Shown piece after piece: positions 39,524 through 49,122 of a stretch of DNA of 64,000 bases. The notes under the pieces are model-generated. The model was not told where the DNA came from and searched no databases. It was given only the letters and a program-made list of their open reading frames with translations. Source of the stretch: Alkalispirochaeta sp. Lineage in GTDB: Bacteria; Spirochaetota; Spirochaetia; DSM-27196; Alkalispirochaetaceae. The stretch lies in NCBI GenBank assembly GCA_965601925.1, contig OZ271854.1, forward strand, positions 2,912,001 through 2,976,000. Reading direction: 5' to 3'. A program made the position numbers and the translations under genes. Each line of letters opens with the position of its first letter. Position 1 is the first letter of the stretch.

Positions 39524-40897
39524 CTACTCGATTGCGCTCAGCATCGCCTCGACGTGGAGTTCGACCGAGTCGGTATCGACGATCTCGTCGATCCGTTGGT
39601 GAATCCACGCCGCGGATAGTTCGTGTCTGCTGTGGTTATACAGAAACCAGAACCAATCCATCACACGATAGATCGTCGACTCCCGATGGAAGGCGGCCTC
39701 GCGTAGCGCGGCGACTTCCGCCACGAGGCGCCGCGGCAGCGGACGCGGGATCAGCGCCGTGCCGACGAGCTCGTACGCGGAGTATCGGTGTGCCTCGCTG
39801 TGTAACGACGCATAATCGCCGGTGGGACGTCCGACGAGAAGTCTCGCTCGATCCGTACGAAAGAGCCCCTCGAACCCTTCGATCTCGCCGATCTCCTGGA
39901 GTCGTCCGGCTACGACGTCAAGCACCTTCCCGGCGCTGTACGACAGCCCGCTCGACGGGACGATGAGCTCGTGACCGGGTGTCCCGTCGACCTCGGCGAC
40001 GATGAACGAGTCGACCCTCCGCCCGCGATCCGCGAGTCGTATCCGGTTGAACAACCACCTTTCCGTGCGCTCGCCGCTCGGCGGTACCGACGACACGCCG
40101 CCGGACGCCGAATTGATGAATCGCCATCCGGCGTCGGCGGCGTCGTAGAACGCAAAATAGTAAGCGCCCAGTTCACTATCGGGATCGTTGGGAAAGACGA
40201 AGGTAACCACGAGCTCTTCGTCGGTATCTTCGTCGAGATTCGCAGTGACGTACGACGTGGCGTAGGGAGTCATACCTCCAATCTCCGCTTCCGGTGATGC
40301 GATGCTCGGGGGAGGAAGATGGCGAAGCACGACGCGATCGAAGGCGTCCAATGACCGCAAATAGGCGATATCTCGATCGGTTCGAAGGTGGTTGTAGTAC
40401 CGATATCCGCTGCGTAACGCATTCGAGAGATGAGAAAACCCGGCGACGGCATCCTCGCGCATGGACGCCGCGCAGGCTGCATTGTACCAGGCGAAGTCGA
40501 TGTGGTCGTAGCCGAGCAGCGCCGCCATGACGAACGACCGTTCGCTGAGAACGAAGTCGCGTTGCAAAAACGCGACACTTCCCAACTCATAGTACCAGTC
40601 GCCCTCGGAGGACCATGCGAGCGCCTGAATGTATAACTCGCGCGCGGCAGCCAAATCCCCACCGAGCCGCGCCGCCTCAGCCGACTCGGCGAGGGGCCGA
40701 CCGCCCGCTCTATCCCGGCGGTTTGCATTCAAGACCACGTCGCTGTCAAATAGATCGATGGTCTCTTCCCCGACGGCCTCGGCCGCCGGCAACGCGATCC
40801 CGATCAGCAGTGCGACCATCAGCCTCACAACAGTGGACGAGGTTATCATACGTCTGCATTGTTGCTCGATTTTTAACCGTGGATCACGTTCCGACAT
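39524..40897 (-). CDS. Exported TPR-containing protein
   Basis: Signal-like segment; AWYNAACAAS...ALRSGY....LRTDRDI..LR TPR-end motif; NLDEDTDEEL and DGTPGHEL FG-GAP-like motifs. Confidence 0.65.
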   Translation of the reverse strand: MSERDPRLKIEQQCRRMITSSTVVRLMVALLIGIALPAAEAVGEETIDLFDSDVVLNANRRDRAGGRPLAESAEAARLGGDLAAARELYIQALAWSSEGDWYYELGSVAFLQRDFVLSERSFVMAALLGYDHIDFAWYNAACAASMREDAVAGFSHLSNALRSGYRYYNHLRTDRDIAYLRSLDAFDRVVLRHLPPPSIASPEAEIGGMTPYATSYVTANLDEDTDEELVVTFVFPNDPDSELGAYYFAFYDAADAGWRFINSASGGVSSVPPSGERTERWLFNRIRLADRGRRVDSFIVAEVDGTPGHELIVPSSGLSYSAGKVLDVVAGRLQEIGEIEGFEGLFRTDRARLLVGRPTGDYASLHSEAHRYSAYELVGTALIPRPLPRRLVAEVAALREAAFHRESTIYRVMDWFWFLYNHSRHELSAAWIHQRIDEIVDTDSVELHVEAMLSAIE

Positions 40898-40916
40898 GGG
40901 GAGCCGACCGAGGTAC

Positions 40917-41894
40917 CTACGGATATTCGACGCCGATTTGACGACGGATCTCGTCCATCGTTTCCATGATTTCGATCGACTCGTCCAGCGGCATGGTCGG
41001 GCTTTCCGGGACACCTTCGCCGATGCACCGTTCGACCTCATACGCTTGATACTGCATGCCGCGTCCTTCGATCGGTTCGCGGTATCGCTCCACGGCCGCT
41101 CCCGACCGATCGTAGCGCGTGAAACTCGTGTGAGTGTACCAGACCGCGTCGATATCGATTCGCCCCTCGGTTCCCACGATTGATGCGACGTTCGGTCCCG
41201 GTGTGAGAAAGCCCGTGTTCAACGAAGCGTGCGCTCCCGATTCATACTCCAGGATGATTGAGGTCAACTCGTCCACTCCGAGATCGGTGAGCGTCCCGCG
41301 CGCGGTGATCGTCGCAGGCGTCCCGAAGATGCGAGACGCGAAGGAGAGGGGGTAGATTCCCAGATCGAGAAGCGCGCCGCCGCCTAATGCCGGCTCGTGG
41401 AGGCGTACGGCGCGAGAGCGCGGGATGAACTGATTGTGGTCGGCCAAGAGCACACGAGGCGTTCCGATCGCGCCGCTGCCGATGCACTCCATGACGCGCA
41501 CCATACTCGGCAGAAAGCGCGTCCACATCGCCTCCATAACGAAGACGCCCTTAGCGCGCGCCGCCTGGGCGACACGACGCGCCTGCACCGCGTCGAGCGC
41601 GAACGGCTTCTCTACCAAAACGTGTTTTCCCGCCTCGATCGCCACAAGGGCGTTGTCGGCATGCATCGGGTGGGGCGTCGCAACGTATACGATGTCGACT
41701 GCGGGGTCGGCCGCCAGCGCCTCGTAGCTGCCGTGGCGCCGCGCGATCTCGAAACGATCGCCGAACTCCTCGGCCGCCTTCGCCGTGCGCGACCCCACCG
41801 CGGCGACCGAGAGGCCCGCCGTAATCAGATCTCGCGTCTGCAGCGCCGCGATACCGCCGGTACCGATAATCCCCCAGCCGTAGGCTTTGTTCAT
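40917..41894 (-). CDS. Gfo/Idh/MocA oxidoreductase
   Basis: GIIGTGGIA, KHVLVEKP, EAMWTRF, GGALLDLGIY. Confidence 0.92.
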   Translation of the reverse strand: MNKAYGWGIIGTGGIAALQTRDLITAGLSVAAVGSRTAKAAEEFGDRFEIARRHGSYEALAADPAVDIVYVATPHPMHADNALVAIEAGKHVLVEKPFALDAVQARRVAQAARAKGVFVMEAMWTRFLPSMVRVMECIGSGAIGTPRVLLADHNQFIPRSRAVRLHEPALGGGALLDLGIYPLSFASRIFGTPATITARGTLTDLGVDELTSIILEYESGAHASLNTGFLTPGPNVASIVGTEGRIDIDAVWYTHTSFTRYDRSGAAVERYREPIEGRGMQYQAYEVERCIGEGVPESPTMPLDESIEIMETMDEIRRQIGVEYP

Positions 41895-42078
41895 TGCGTT
41901 GCGATCCTCTCGATTGATTCGCCGATATCGTTCGGACCGGAGCCGTCCAACCGGCGCGCGTTCACTCACGCTTCGTATTCGTTCGATCTATGATATGGTC
42001 CAAGGGATCCGTCGCGCAACAGCGCAGCGTGTCGACCTTGTTTGATCGATGGTACCGTCACAGTTCGGGGTGCACCGC

Positions 42079-42861
42079 TCACACGTCGTCAATCGGCGGC
42101 TCGCCGTCGAGCCAGTTCAATTCGCTATCGGCGACAAATCGGTTGCCCCAGTCGAATCCGGAACGTTCGACTCCCGCGAAGGAGAGAATCGTATCGCAGT
42201 ACGACGCTACATCATCGATCGTATCGACACGAAGCAGCCGTCCTATATCCTCGATGAGCGACTGAGGCTTGTTTGCGACTCCGTCGAGAACTGTAAGGAG
42301 CCACTTGTGGTACGGGTAGAAAGTCTCATTGAGCACCAAGATAATGCGTGCTCCGAACAAGATCACCTTCCCTATCGAGAGGCCGGCCAGATACCGATTG
42401 TCATGTCGCTTTGCCTCGCCGTAGTACCATTCCCACGCCAGCAGCTGAGCGGTAAAGCGGTGGACTCTCTCAACCTTCTCTCGTACCGGATAGCGTGTGA
42501 TGTCGGTGATGAGTATCTCTATGTCGGGAATCGTCGAATACAGCACTACGGCGTCCTGAAAAGCAAACCGTGCGGGATCGCTTCCGCGTTCGGCGACCGA
42601 TTCGAGAAACTCGCGATCGACGAACTTGCCGTCGACGTATCCTTCGTATGTGCAGATGTCCCGGTTGAAGTAGTTAAGGTCACGTCGCTTCTTGCGCTGT
42701 TGGTACGAGACGGCGTCGATGAGGATCAAAACGTCTACGTCCGAATCGATACGCGCAAACCCGTGCGCGAGCGACCCACCGAGTAGCACCGCCCGAACGG
42801 TTGTGTCTTTTTTCAATACCGCTACGACGCGCTCGATGGTTTCCTTGTGGTGCGTGTACAT
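42079..42861 (-). CDS. Nucleotidyltransferase domain protein
   Basis: GGSLAHG....SDVD; PYHKW. Confidence 0.82.
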   Translation of the reverse strand: MYTHHKETIERVVAVLKKDTTVRAVLLGGSLAHGFARIDSDVDVLILIDAVSYQQRKKRRDLNYFNRDICTYEGYVDGKFVDREFLESVAERGSDPARFAFQDAVVLYSTIPDIEILITDITRYPVREKVERVHRFTAQLLAWEWYYGEAKRHDNRYLAGLSIGKVILFGARIILVLNETFYPYHKWLLTVLDGVANKPQSLIEDIGRLLRVDTIDDVASYCDTILSFAGVERSGFDWGNRFVADSELNWLDGEPPIDDV

Positions 42862-42975
42862 ATAGTCCTTTCGCGGATATCGAAGATTCAAATACTGTAC
42901 TACGCCGCCGCTCGCACGTCACACGACGGTTTGACGCGCCCTCCGTACCGGCTGCTGACGTCCACGAAGTCGTAC

Positions 42976-43977
42976 TTACGGCATTGCGTCCGCCGCCACG
43001 CGGAACCCCATGTTCCCCGTACTCGAGTCGGGGGTGTTGGAGCTGCGGGCGGCGACGCGGTAGCGGTTGCAGTAGCTGTCATGGCAGAGGTAACTGCCGC
43101 CTCGCGTGACACGAGCCGAGCCGTCCGGAGGGCCGACCGGATTCATGCGCGTCTCGCGCCGTTTCTCGCGGTGCCACGTCGGTGAAAACCAGTCGGCGCA
43201 CCACTCCCATACGTTGCCGGCCACACAGTAGAGGCCGAGGCCGTTGGGCTTGTAGCTGTCCACCGGCGCCGTACCCGCCCAGCCGTCGGCTTCGGTGTTG
43301 CGGTCGGGGAACGTCCCCTGCCATATGTTGGCCATGTGGCGACCGCCGGGTGTCAGCTCGTCGCCCCACGCGTAGCGACGCTGCTCGAGTCCGCCTCGGG
43401 CGGCGTATTCCCACTCCGCCTCGGTCGGCAAGCGGACACCGGCCCAGGCGCAATACGCCGTTGCGTCGCGATGGCTGACGTGCACGACCGGATGATTTTG
43501 CCGCGCTTTGATGTCGCTCCCGCGCCCTTCGGGACGCTTCCACGAGGCGCGGTCAACGCCCAGCCACCACGTGAGGCCCGGTAGTTCCCGAACCTCGCCG
43601 CGCTTGCGCGCGAGTTTACTCACAAAGAGATGAAAGACGTAGCTCCATCCGTACCGTTCCGCCTCCGTCACGTACCCGGTCGCCTCGACAAAGGCGGAGA
43701 AGTCACGATTGGATATCGTGTAGCGATCGATGCGAAACGGCGCGATCGTTACGGCACGGGGTGGTCCCTCGCCGTCGGCGGGAAAGCCCTCCTCGGAATC
43801 GGTTCCCATCACGAACGTTCCCTCCGCGAGGTCGATGAGGCGCTCATGAACGGGTCGCGCGCCGTCGGGGACGGCGCGGTCACCGGACCGGTTTGGAGAC
43901 GCGGCCGAGCGAGTCGCCGCGTGCGAGTCGCCGCGTTGCGGTGTGCAACAGCTGCCGCCTGAGTCGTTGTCGCCCAT
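42976..43977 (-). CDS. Formylglycine-generating enzyme (FGE/SUMF1)
   Basis: RLPTEAEWEYAARGG, GNVWEW, RGGSYLCHDSYCNRYR with both catalytic Cys. Confidence 0.92.
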   Translation of the reverse strand: MGDNDSGGSCCTPQRGDSHAATRSAASPNRSGDRAVPDGARPVHERLIDLAEGTFVMGTDSEEGFPADGEGPPRAVTIAPFRIDRYTISNRDFSAFVEATGYVTEAERYGWSYVFHLFVSKLARKRGEVRELPGLTWWLGVDRASWKRPEGRGSDIKARQNHPVVHVSHRDATAYCAWAGVRLPTEAEWEYAARGGLEQRRYAWGDELTPGGRHMANIWQGTFPDRNTEADGWAGTAPVDSYKPNGLGLYCVAGNVWEWCADWFSPTWHREKRRETRMNPVGPPDGSARVTRGGSYLCHDSYCNRYRVAARSSNTPDSSTGNMGFRVAADAMP

Positions 43978-44152
43978 TCAAACCCTCCCCGATACGTCGG
44001 TGTCGCAGCCGGCTCGCATCGCCGACATCGCGGTATCGTCGCCGCAGCGACACCTACCCTTCAATATACTATCCTCGATGTGCCGGCGCGCTGCGGCAGT
44101 ATTGTCGGTTGAGGCGCGGATGTACGACCTTTACGGCGTAGGAGGGCATACC

Positions 44153-44866
44153 ATGGACACGGCCGACCAATTATCGATTCCATCTATTGAAGGGGCACGA
44201 TCGTTTTCGTTTTTTTTCGAGGGGCAGTTTCAACACGCTCTCTTTGCGATCGCGCTCGGCGCGGGCGCGCTCGTTATCGCCCAACCGGCGATCGACGGGA
44301 GCCTCTGGCTCGGTCGATCGGATCAGACGTGGTTCATGTGGGGTCTCGCAGTCGCCCTCGTACACCAGATCGCGGCGTGGTTTCTATTGCGGGTACAGGT
44401 CCGGTTTCGACTGCTGACGCGCCTATTCAGGCGGGCCGATCTGGCGGTCTGGGGCCTCATTCACATTACGTTTCTGGTGCTGCGACTCGCAGCGACGATC
44501 GGCGTAGCGGCGGCGGACTCGGGCTCTATGGCGCTATCTCTTCCCGCCACCGCCGGGATAGGGGCGCTCTTTTTGGTGCTCGGTCTGTGGGGCACGTGGT
44601 CGGCGGTCAGACACGCCGCCGATAGGATCGTCACGGCCGGGCACTTTCGAGAACGGTACCGTAATGTGGACGTACCGGCAAAAGGCGCGTACCGGCTCTC
44701 CCGACAGCCCTTCTACACGTACGGATGTCTCCTTTTTTGGGGAGTCGCCGTCGTTGGAGGCTCGCGGATCGCGTTGGCGGTAGCGCTCTTTCAGTACACC
44801 TACATATGGGTGTACCACTACTGTATCGAGGCGCCGAATGAGCGTGTGTTGGCAGCACAGCAATGA
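44153..44866 (+). CDS. PEMT/isoprenylcysteine methyltransferase-like membrane protein
   Basis: Multi-TM; HF..RY, KGAYRLSRQPFYTYG, YIWVYHYCIE. Confidence 0.65.
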   Translation: MDTADQLSIPSIEGARSFSFFFEGQFQHALFAIALGAGALVIAQPAIDGSLWLGRSDQTWFMWGLAVALVHQIAAWFLLRVQVRFRLLTRLFRRADLAVWGLIHITFLVLRLAATIGVAAADSGSMALSLPATAGIGALFLVLGLWGTWSAVRHAADRIVTAGHFRERYRNVDVPAKGAYRLSRQPFYTYGCLLFWGVAVVGGSRIALAVALFQYTYIWVYHYCIEAPNERVLAAQQ

Positions 44867-44894
44867 CGAGAGCTTCCGCGCGTAGGCGTGCGCG

Positions 44895-45266
44895 CTACAT
44901 GAAGGCGAGCGCGGCGATGAGAAAGACGACGAGTTGCAAGAGGGTCATTACCGCGTAGGGCGCATCGCCACGCGTTATGTAGGCGAGCGCGAGCGCCGTG
45001 TACCCGATGAAGGAGATGGCCACGAAGAGCGCCACACCGATGGAGGCGAGGACCGTCGGTTCGTCGATAAAAGACCCCTGAGACTCTCCGGGACGCTCGC
45101 GGTCGAACGAGGCGGTGTCTGCCGGTTCGCGCCACGCCGAAAGCTCCTCGCCGACCGCGTCTCCGAGGGATGCCGTCAACAGGATCGTCGGAATCACCGT
45201 AGCGACCGCCGCAACGATGAGCCCGACCGTCAGTACGTACCCGAAGAGTCGCGACGGCGTCGTCAC
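44895..45266 (-). CDS. DUF1634-like membrane partner of TSUP
   Basis: 3 TM; GTGA overlap with the TSUP stop. Confidence 0.55.
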   Translation of the reverse strand: MTTPSRLFGYVLTVGLIVAAVATVIPTILLTASLGDAVGEELSAWREPADTASFDRERPGESQGSFIDEPTVLASIGVALFVAISFIGYTALALAYITRGDAPYAVMTLLQLVVFLIAALAFM

Positions 45267-46201
45267 GAGAGAACTCCGATGAGTGTCTGCACGGCCGCCG
45301 CGGTGAGCACTACGACCACCACGATGCGTACCGATCGGGGACGCGCCCTGCCGAGCAGCCGCGCTCCCAACCGCGTTCCGGCGATCATTCCCACCAGAGC
45401 GGGCACGACGACCAGCGGTCTGATTGCTCCCCGATGCAGATAGACCCACGCCGCCGCACTACTGTTGGCGATAATCACCAGGCCGCTGGTAGCCGCCGCA
45501 AGTTTGATCGGGAGTCCCATCATCGACGAAAGGATCGGTACGTTGGCCCATCCGGCACCGATCCCGAGCATCCCGCCGACGCCTCCGACACCGATAAAGG
45601 TCGTCATGGCCGGAACGATACTCCGGACTCGCCACCGAATCGTCTCATCGGTCGCCGGGTCGCGATAGGCGCCGCGTAGGCTCCATAGCGATGCGATGCG
45701 GTCGGAGAGGCCGCGCCTACCGGAGGGACGCGCGGTCGCGGTCTCGGAATGCGAATCGGTCCTCCCCGACGGAGGCGCTATCACCTGTCGTGCCGTATGT
45801 CCCGCCACGAAGAACATGAAGACCGCGAGCAGACCCAATACGACGTCGGGCGCGATCGAGAGTCCCAACCGGGCGCCGAGGATCGATCCCACCGATCCGC
45901 ACAATGCGAGGGGGATAGAGATGCGCACGTCGGAAAACCCGCGGCGCATGAGCGACGGCGCCGCCGATATCGCGCCTACCAAAGCGACCATGAGCCCGGC
46001 GCCCCGTACATAATCGATGTGAATCGGGAAGATGGCGCTCACCAGCGGCACAAAGAGTACGCCGCCGCCGACGCCCGCCGCGACGGCGACGATCCCGATG
46101 AGAAAGCACGTTGCGGTCAACACCGCCATCGTGAGATAGAGCCCCAACCCCGGCGTACCGTGTAGCGCCGAGACGATAGTGTCGACGATCATCGTGTCCA
46201 A
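45263..46201 (-). CDS. Sulfite exporter TauE/SafE (TSUP)
   Basis: GVGGGVLFVP and GIGAGWANVP repeats. Confidence 0.88.
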   Translation of the reverse strand: MDTMIVDTIVSALHGTPGLGLYLTMAVLTATCFLIGIVAVAAGVGGGVLFVPLVSAIFPIHIDYVRGAGLMVALVGAISAAPSLMRRGFSDVRISIPLALCGSVGSILGARLGLSIAPDVVLGLLAVFMFFVAGHTARQVIAPPSGRTDSHSETATARPSGRRGLSDRIASLWSLRGAYRDPATDETIRWRVRSIVPAMTTFIGVGGVGGMLGIGAGWANVPILSSMMGLPIKLAAATSGLVIIANSSAAAWVYLHRGAIRPLVVVPALVGMIAGTRLGARLLGRARPRSVRIVVVVVLTAAAVQTLIGVLS

Positions 46202-46266
46202 CTGCGAAAGGCCGGTGGTGTGCGGAGCATGTCGTCACGATAAGTTGCGGCCCGCCCGCTGTCAAG

Positions 46267-47607
46267 TTAGCCGCGACCGGCAAGGTGACACTTCCCGGCG
46301 GGGCGGCCGGACCCGCAGAAACATTCCCGCCCGGAATCCCAGCGCTCCATGAGCGCCGGCATTGCGGGCGGACGCCCCGTAATCTGCGGTGCGATACTAC
46401 GGGCCAAATTTTCGAATCTCGAAAGGCTGTGTCGATAAAATGATTTCCAGCCCTCGCATAGGGCCGATACGTCGTCGCGAGTCGGCGTCGTGTCGGTCGC
46501 GTAACGCCGCCGGGGGAGGCGTAGCTTGGGACAATCACCACCGCACAACCACAGATACTCGCACGCCGTACACGTCTCGTTCCAGTGCGCCTTTGCGGCG
46601 ACAAAGGCGTGGTGCCGCGGATCTTGTAACGCGTTGAGGAAGGGATTGACCGCCCCCTCTCCGTGCTCGGACGATGCCGGAGCCGGATCGTCGCGGACAT
46701 TTCCGAGCCGCGTCGACGCCTCCACAAAGAAATCGCACGGATAGATATCTCCGGTGTGCTCCACCACGAAGTGTCCGCCGCACCGCCCGGAAGTAGTACA
46801 GACGTTGTATCGCCCGTTAACCAATAATTCCATTATTGAATCGTGGTGGCGAATCGAGACGCGCCGTACATCTTTGGGAAACCAGCGCTCGAGGATCGCC
46901 GTAAGGAAGCGTGCCCACCCCTCACCGGTCACCGAAAACGGAGAGAGACGTAGCGGCGTCTCCGGAGGCTCGTACAGGTCGGCGCCGGATACGTTTTCCC
47001 ATTCGACCAACGGAATGAACTGCATGTGACGAATTTTGAGCGCGCGTAAGTACTCGTATACTTCGACGGCGCGTTCCTGATTATGACGGCCCACCACCGT
47101 GAGGGCGTTGAAGGCGACCTTCTCTTCCCGGAGCATGCGTGCGGTAGCCTCTACGTACCGGTGAGTGCCGGCCGACGGCCCGTCGCGGTCCGCCCACACG
47201 CGATAGCGGTCGTGAATGTGACGCGACCCGTCGATGCTGAGGCCGACAAGCACGTCGTGTTCCCGCAACGTCTGCGCCCATTCGGCGCTTAGTAGCGTCC
47301 CGTTGGTTTGCAGTCCGTTGGATATGCGCGCGCCCGGCGGTGCAAGGCGGCGCTGCATCGCGAACACCTCGCGGAAAAAATCGAGCCCCATGAGCGTGGG
47401 CTCGCCGCCCTGCCACCCGAAGGCGTATACCTCCTGCGGCGTCGCGAAGTAAGCGCGGAGCATCGCCTCCACGGTGTGGAGGGACATGCGCGAGCGCTCG
47501 TCGCCGGGATACAACGACGCCTTGGGGAGGTAGAAACAGTAGTCGCAGCGCATGTTGCAGTCCGCGCCGGCCGGTTTGACCAAGAGTGAAAAGGGTGTAG
47601 CGCTCAT
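46267..47607 (-). CDS. Anaerobic sulfatase maturase (radical SAM/SPASM)
   Basis: KPAGADCNMRCDYCFY, WQGGEPTL, YPCDFF, C..C.....C.GDCPK, SEC-C-like tail. Confidence 0.93.
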   Translation of the reverse strand: MSATPFSLLVKPAGADCNMRCDYCFYLPKASLYPGDERSRMSLHTVEAMLRAYFATPQEVYAFGWQGGEPTLMGLDFFREVFAMQRRLAPPGARISNGLQTNGTLLSAEWAQTLREHDVLVGLSIDGSRHIHDRYRVWADRDGPSAGTHRYVEATARMLREEKVAFNALTVVGRHNQERAVEVYEYLRALKIRHMQFIPLVEWENVSGADLYEPPETPLRLSPFSVTGEGWARFLTAILERWFPKDVRRVSIRHHDSIMELLVNGRYNVCTTSGRCGGHFVVEHTGDIYPCDFFVEASTRLGNVRDDPAPASSEHGEGAVNPFLNALQDPRHHAFVAAKAHWNETCTACEYLWLCGGDCPKLRLPRRRYATDTTPTRDDVSALCEGWKSFYRHSLSRFENLARSIAPQITGRPPAMPALMERWDSGRECFCGSGRPAGKCHLAGRG

Positions 47608-47738
47608 AACGGTACCGACGAAACCATAGCATAGCGCTCCCAGGATCGCCACGGTACCGGCGTCCCATGTCCGGCGGGCCGCTTGCCGGACGTCCGACAT
47701 AGAGGCTACGTTTGGTGAAAAGAGCGAGGGAGGTCGCC

Positions 47739-48041
47739 ATGATTGCACACGTCGTTTGTTGGAAGCTGAAGGATAGTGCCCTCGGCAAAGATGCCGGTAC
47801 AAATCGCGCCGAGATGGAGGCGCAGTTGAAGGCGCTTCTCGGAGTCGTTCCCCAACTCCGCCGTCTGGACGTATCGACGACTATCGTAAACACGACCGGA
47901 GACTTCGATGTCGTCCTCTACACCGAGTTCGACGATGTGGCGGCACTGGACGCCTACCGGGTACATCCCGACCACCAAAAGGTTGCCGAATTTATCGGCG
48001 CGGTGACCGAGTCGCGCTTTGCGGTGGACTACGAGGTATAG
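47739..48041 (+). CDS. Dabb stress-responsive alpha/beta barrel protein
   Basis: MIAHVVCWKLK...LDAYRVHPDH...VDY. Confidence 0.88.
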   Translation: MIAHVVCWKLKDSALGKDAGTNRAEMEAQLKALLGVVPQLRRLDVSTTIVNTTGDFDVVLYTEFDDVAALDAYRVHPDHQKVAEFIGAVTESRFAVDYEV

Positions 48042-48073
48042 TACCTCGGGCGCGTCTCCCCGACGACTCAGCA

Positions 48074-48300
48074 CGGGGAGTGAGCGGCGGTGCGTTTGTC
48101 GTCGACCGCCGCCGCGATGTGCCGGTACAACGACTCGACCAACAGAGACCGGGCCGGCTCGGCGCGTTTACACGCAGGATGGCGGATGAGGGGGTGAGCA
48201 TTGCGGTGCTTTACAGCGACCACGCCAACCCGTTGATCCTGGTGGTCGACGATATCGAGGTGGGACGTCGCGTTTCCGAGGAGTGGAGGCGCGCGCGCGT
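48074..48300 (+). pseudogene. Internally deleted ACT-domain protein remnant
   Basis: GVSGGAFVVD fused directly to DVPVQRLDQQRPGRLGAFTRRMADEGVSIAVLYSDHANPLILVVDD; N-terminus and middle missing. Confidence 0.5.
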
Positions 48301-48357
48301 AGGGGCGCCTCGTGTGCGCACCGTTCGATCGGCGATCGATCGGTGTGGTGCGATCCG

Positions 48358-48852
48358 TTACGTCCCGTCCCTGAGGATACGCTCCCAATAGCCTACGTCG
48401 ATCCAGCGGTCGAACTTACGGCCCACCTCGTGAAAGTGGGCCACTTTGTGAAAGCCGAACTTCTCGTGCAGCGCTACGCTCGCGTCGTTGGGAAGCGCAA
48501 TCCCACCGATGACGCTGTGGACGGGACGGGCTTGGAGTCGTGTGATAAGCTCGCCGTATAGGGAGCTTCCGGCGCCGCGCCCCGTCGCCTCCGGAGCTAT
48601 ATAGACGGTGCTTTCGACCGAGAACCGATACGCCGAGCGGCTTCGCCACGCCGTTGCATACGCGTAGCCGACCAGCTCACCGTCTTCCTCGGCTACGATC
48701 CATGGGAATGCGGTGGCTACCTCACGAATACGCCTACGCATCTCCTCCGTAGGGACGGCGTGCTCCTCGAAGGTGACCGCGGTGTGCTCTACGTAGTGGT
48801 TATAGATGCGGGAGACGGCGTGCGCATCCCGCTCCCTCGCGTCACGAATCAT
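48358..48852 (-). CDS. GNAT, phosphinothricin/ArsN1-like acetyltransferase
   Basis: IYNHYV...TFEE, RSAYRFSVESTVY, NDASVALHEKFGF, GRKFDRWIDVGYW. Confidence 0.9.
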   Translation of the reverse strand: MIRDARERDAHAVSRIYNHYVEHTAVTFEEHAVPTEEMRRRIREVATAFPWIVAEEDGELVGYAYATAWRSRSAYRFSVESTVYIAPEATGRGAGSSLYGELITRLQARPVHSVIGGIALPNDASVALHEKFGFHKVAHFHEVGRKFDRWIDVGYWERILRDGT

Positions 48853-49122
48853 GCTTCCTCTCTACCTCCAAACGGCACGCCACCGACATCGATACCATCG
48901 TTCACGGAAAAACACAACACGCTTCGATTGGCGGCGCCGCGGTCCTCGATGCGGCCTCATTTGACCTTCGCGTCGCGGAGGCGTAGTGTATAGGCGGCGT
49001 ATCGAGACGCCTCCGGGTCCGCGGGAAGGGCCGAGCCCACTCGACGACCGACGGCACCGGTATCGCGCAAACCTTTATGCAGCCCGATTGCGGACCGCGG
49101 GCGACGAGCATGGAGGTATGCT

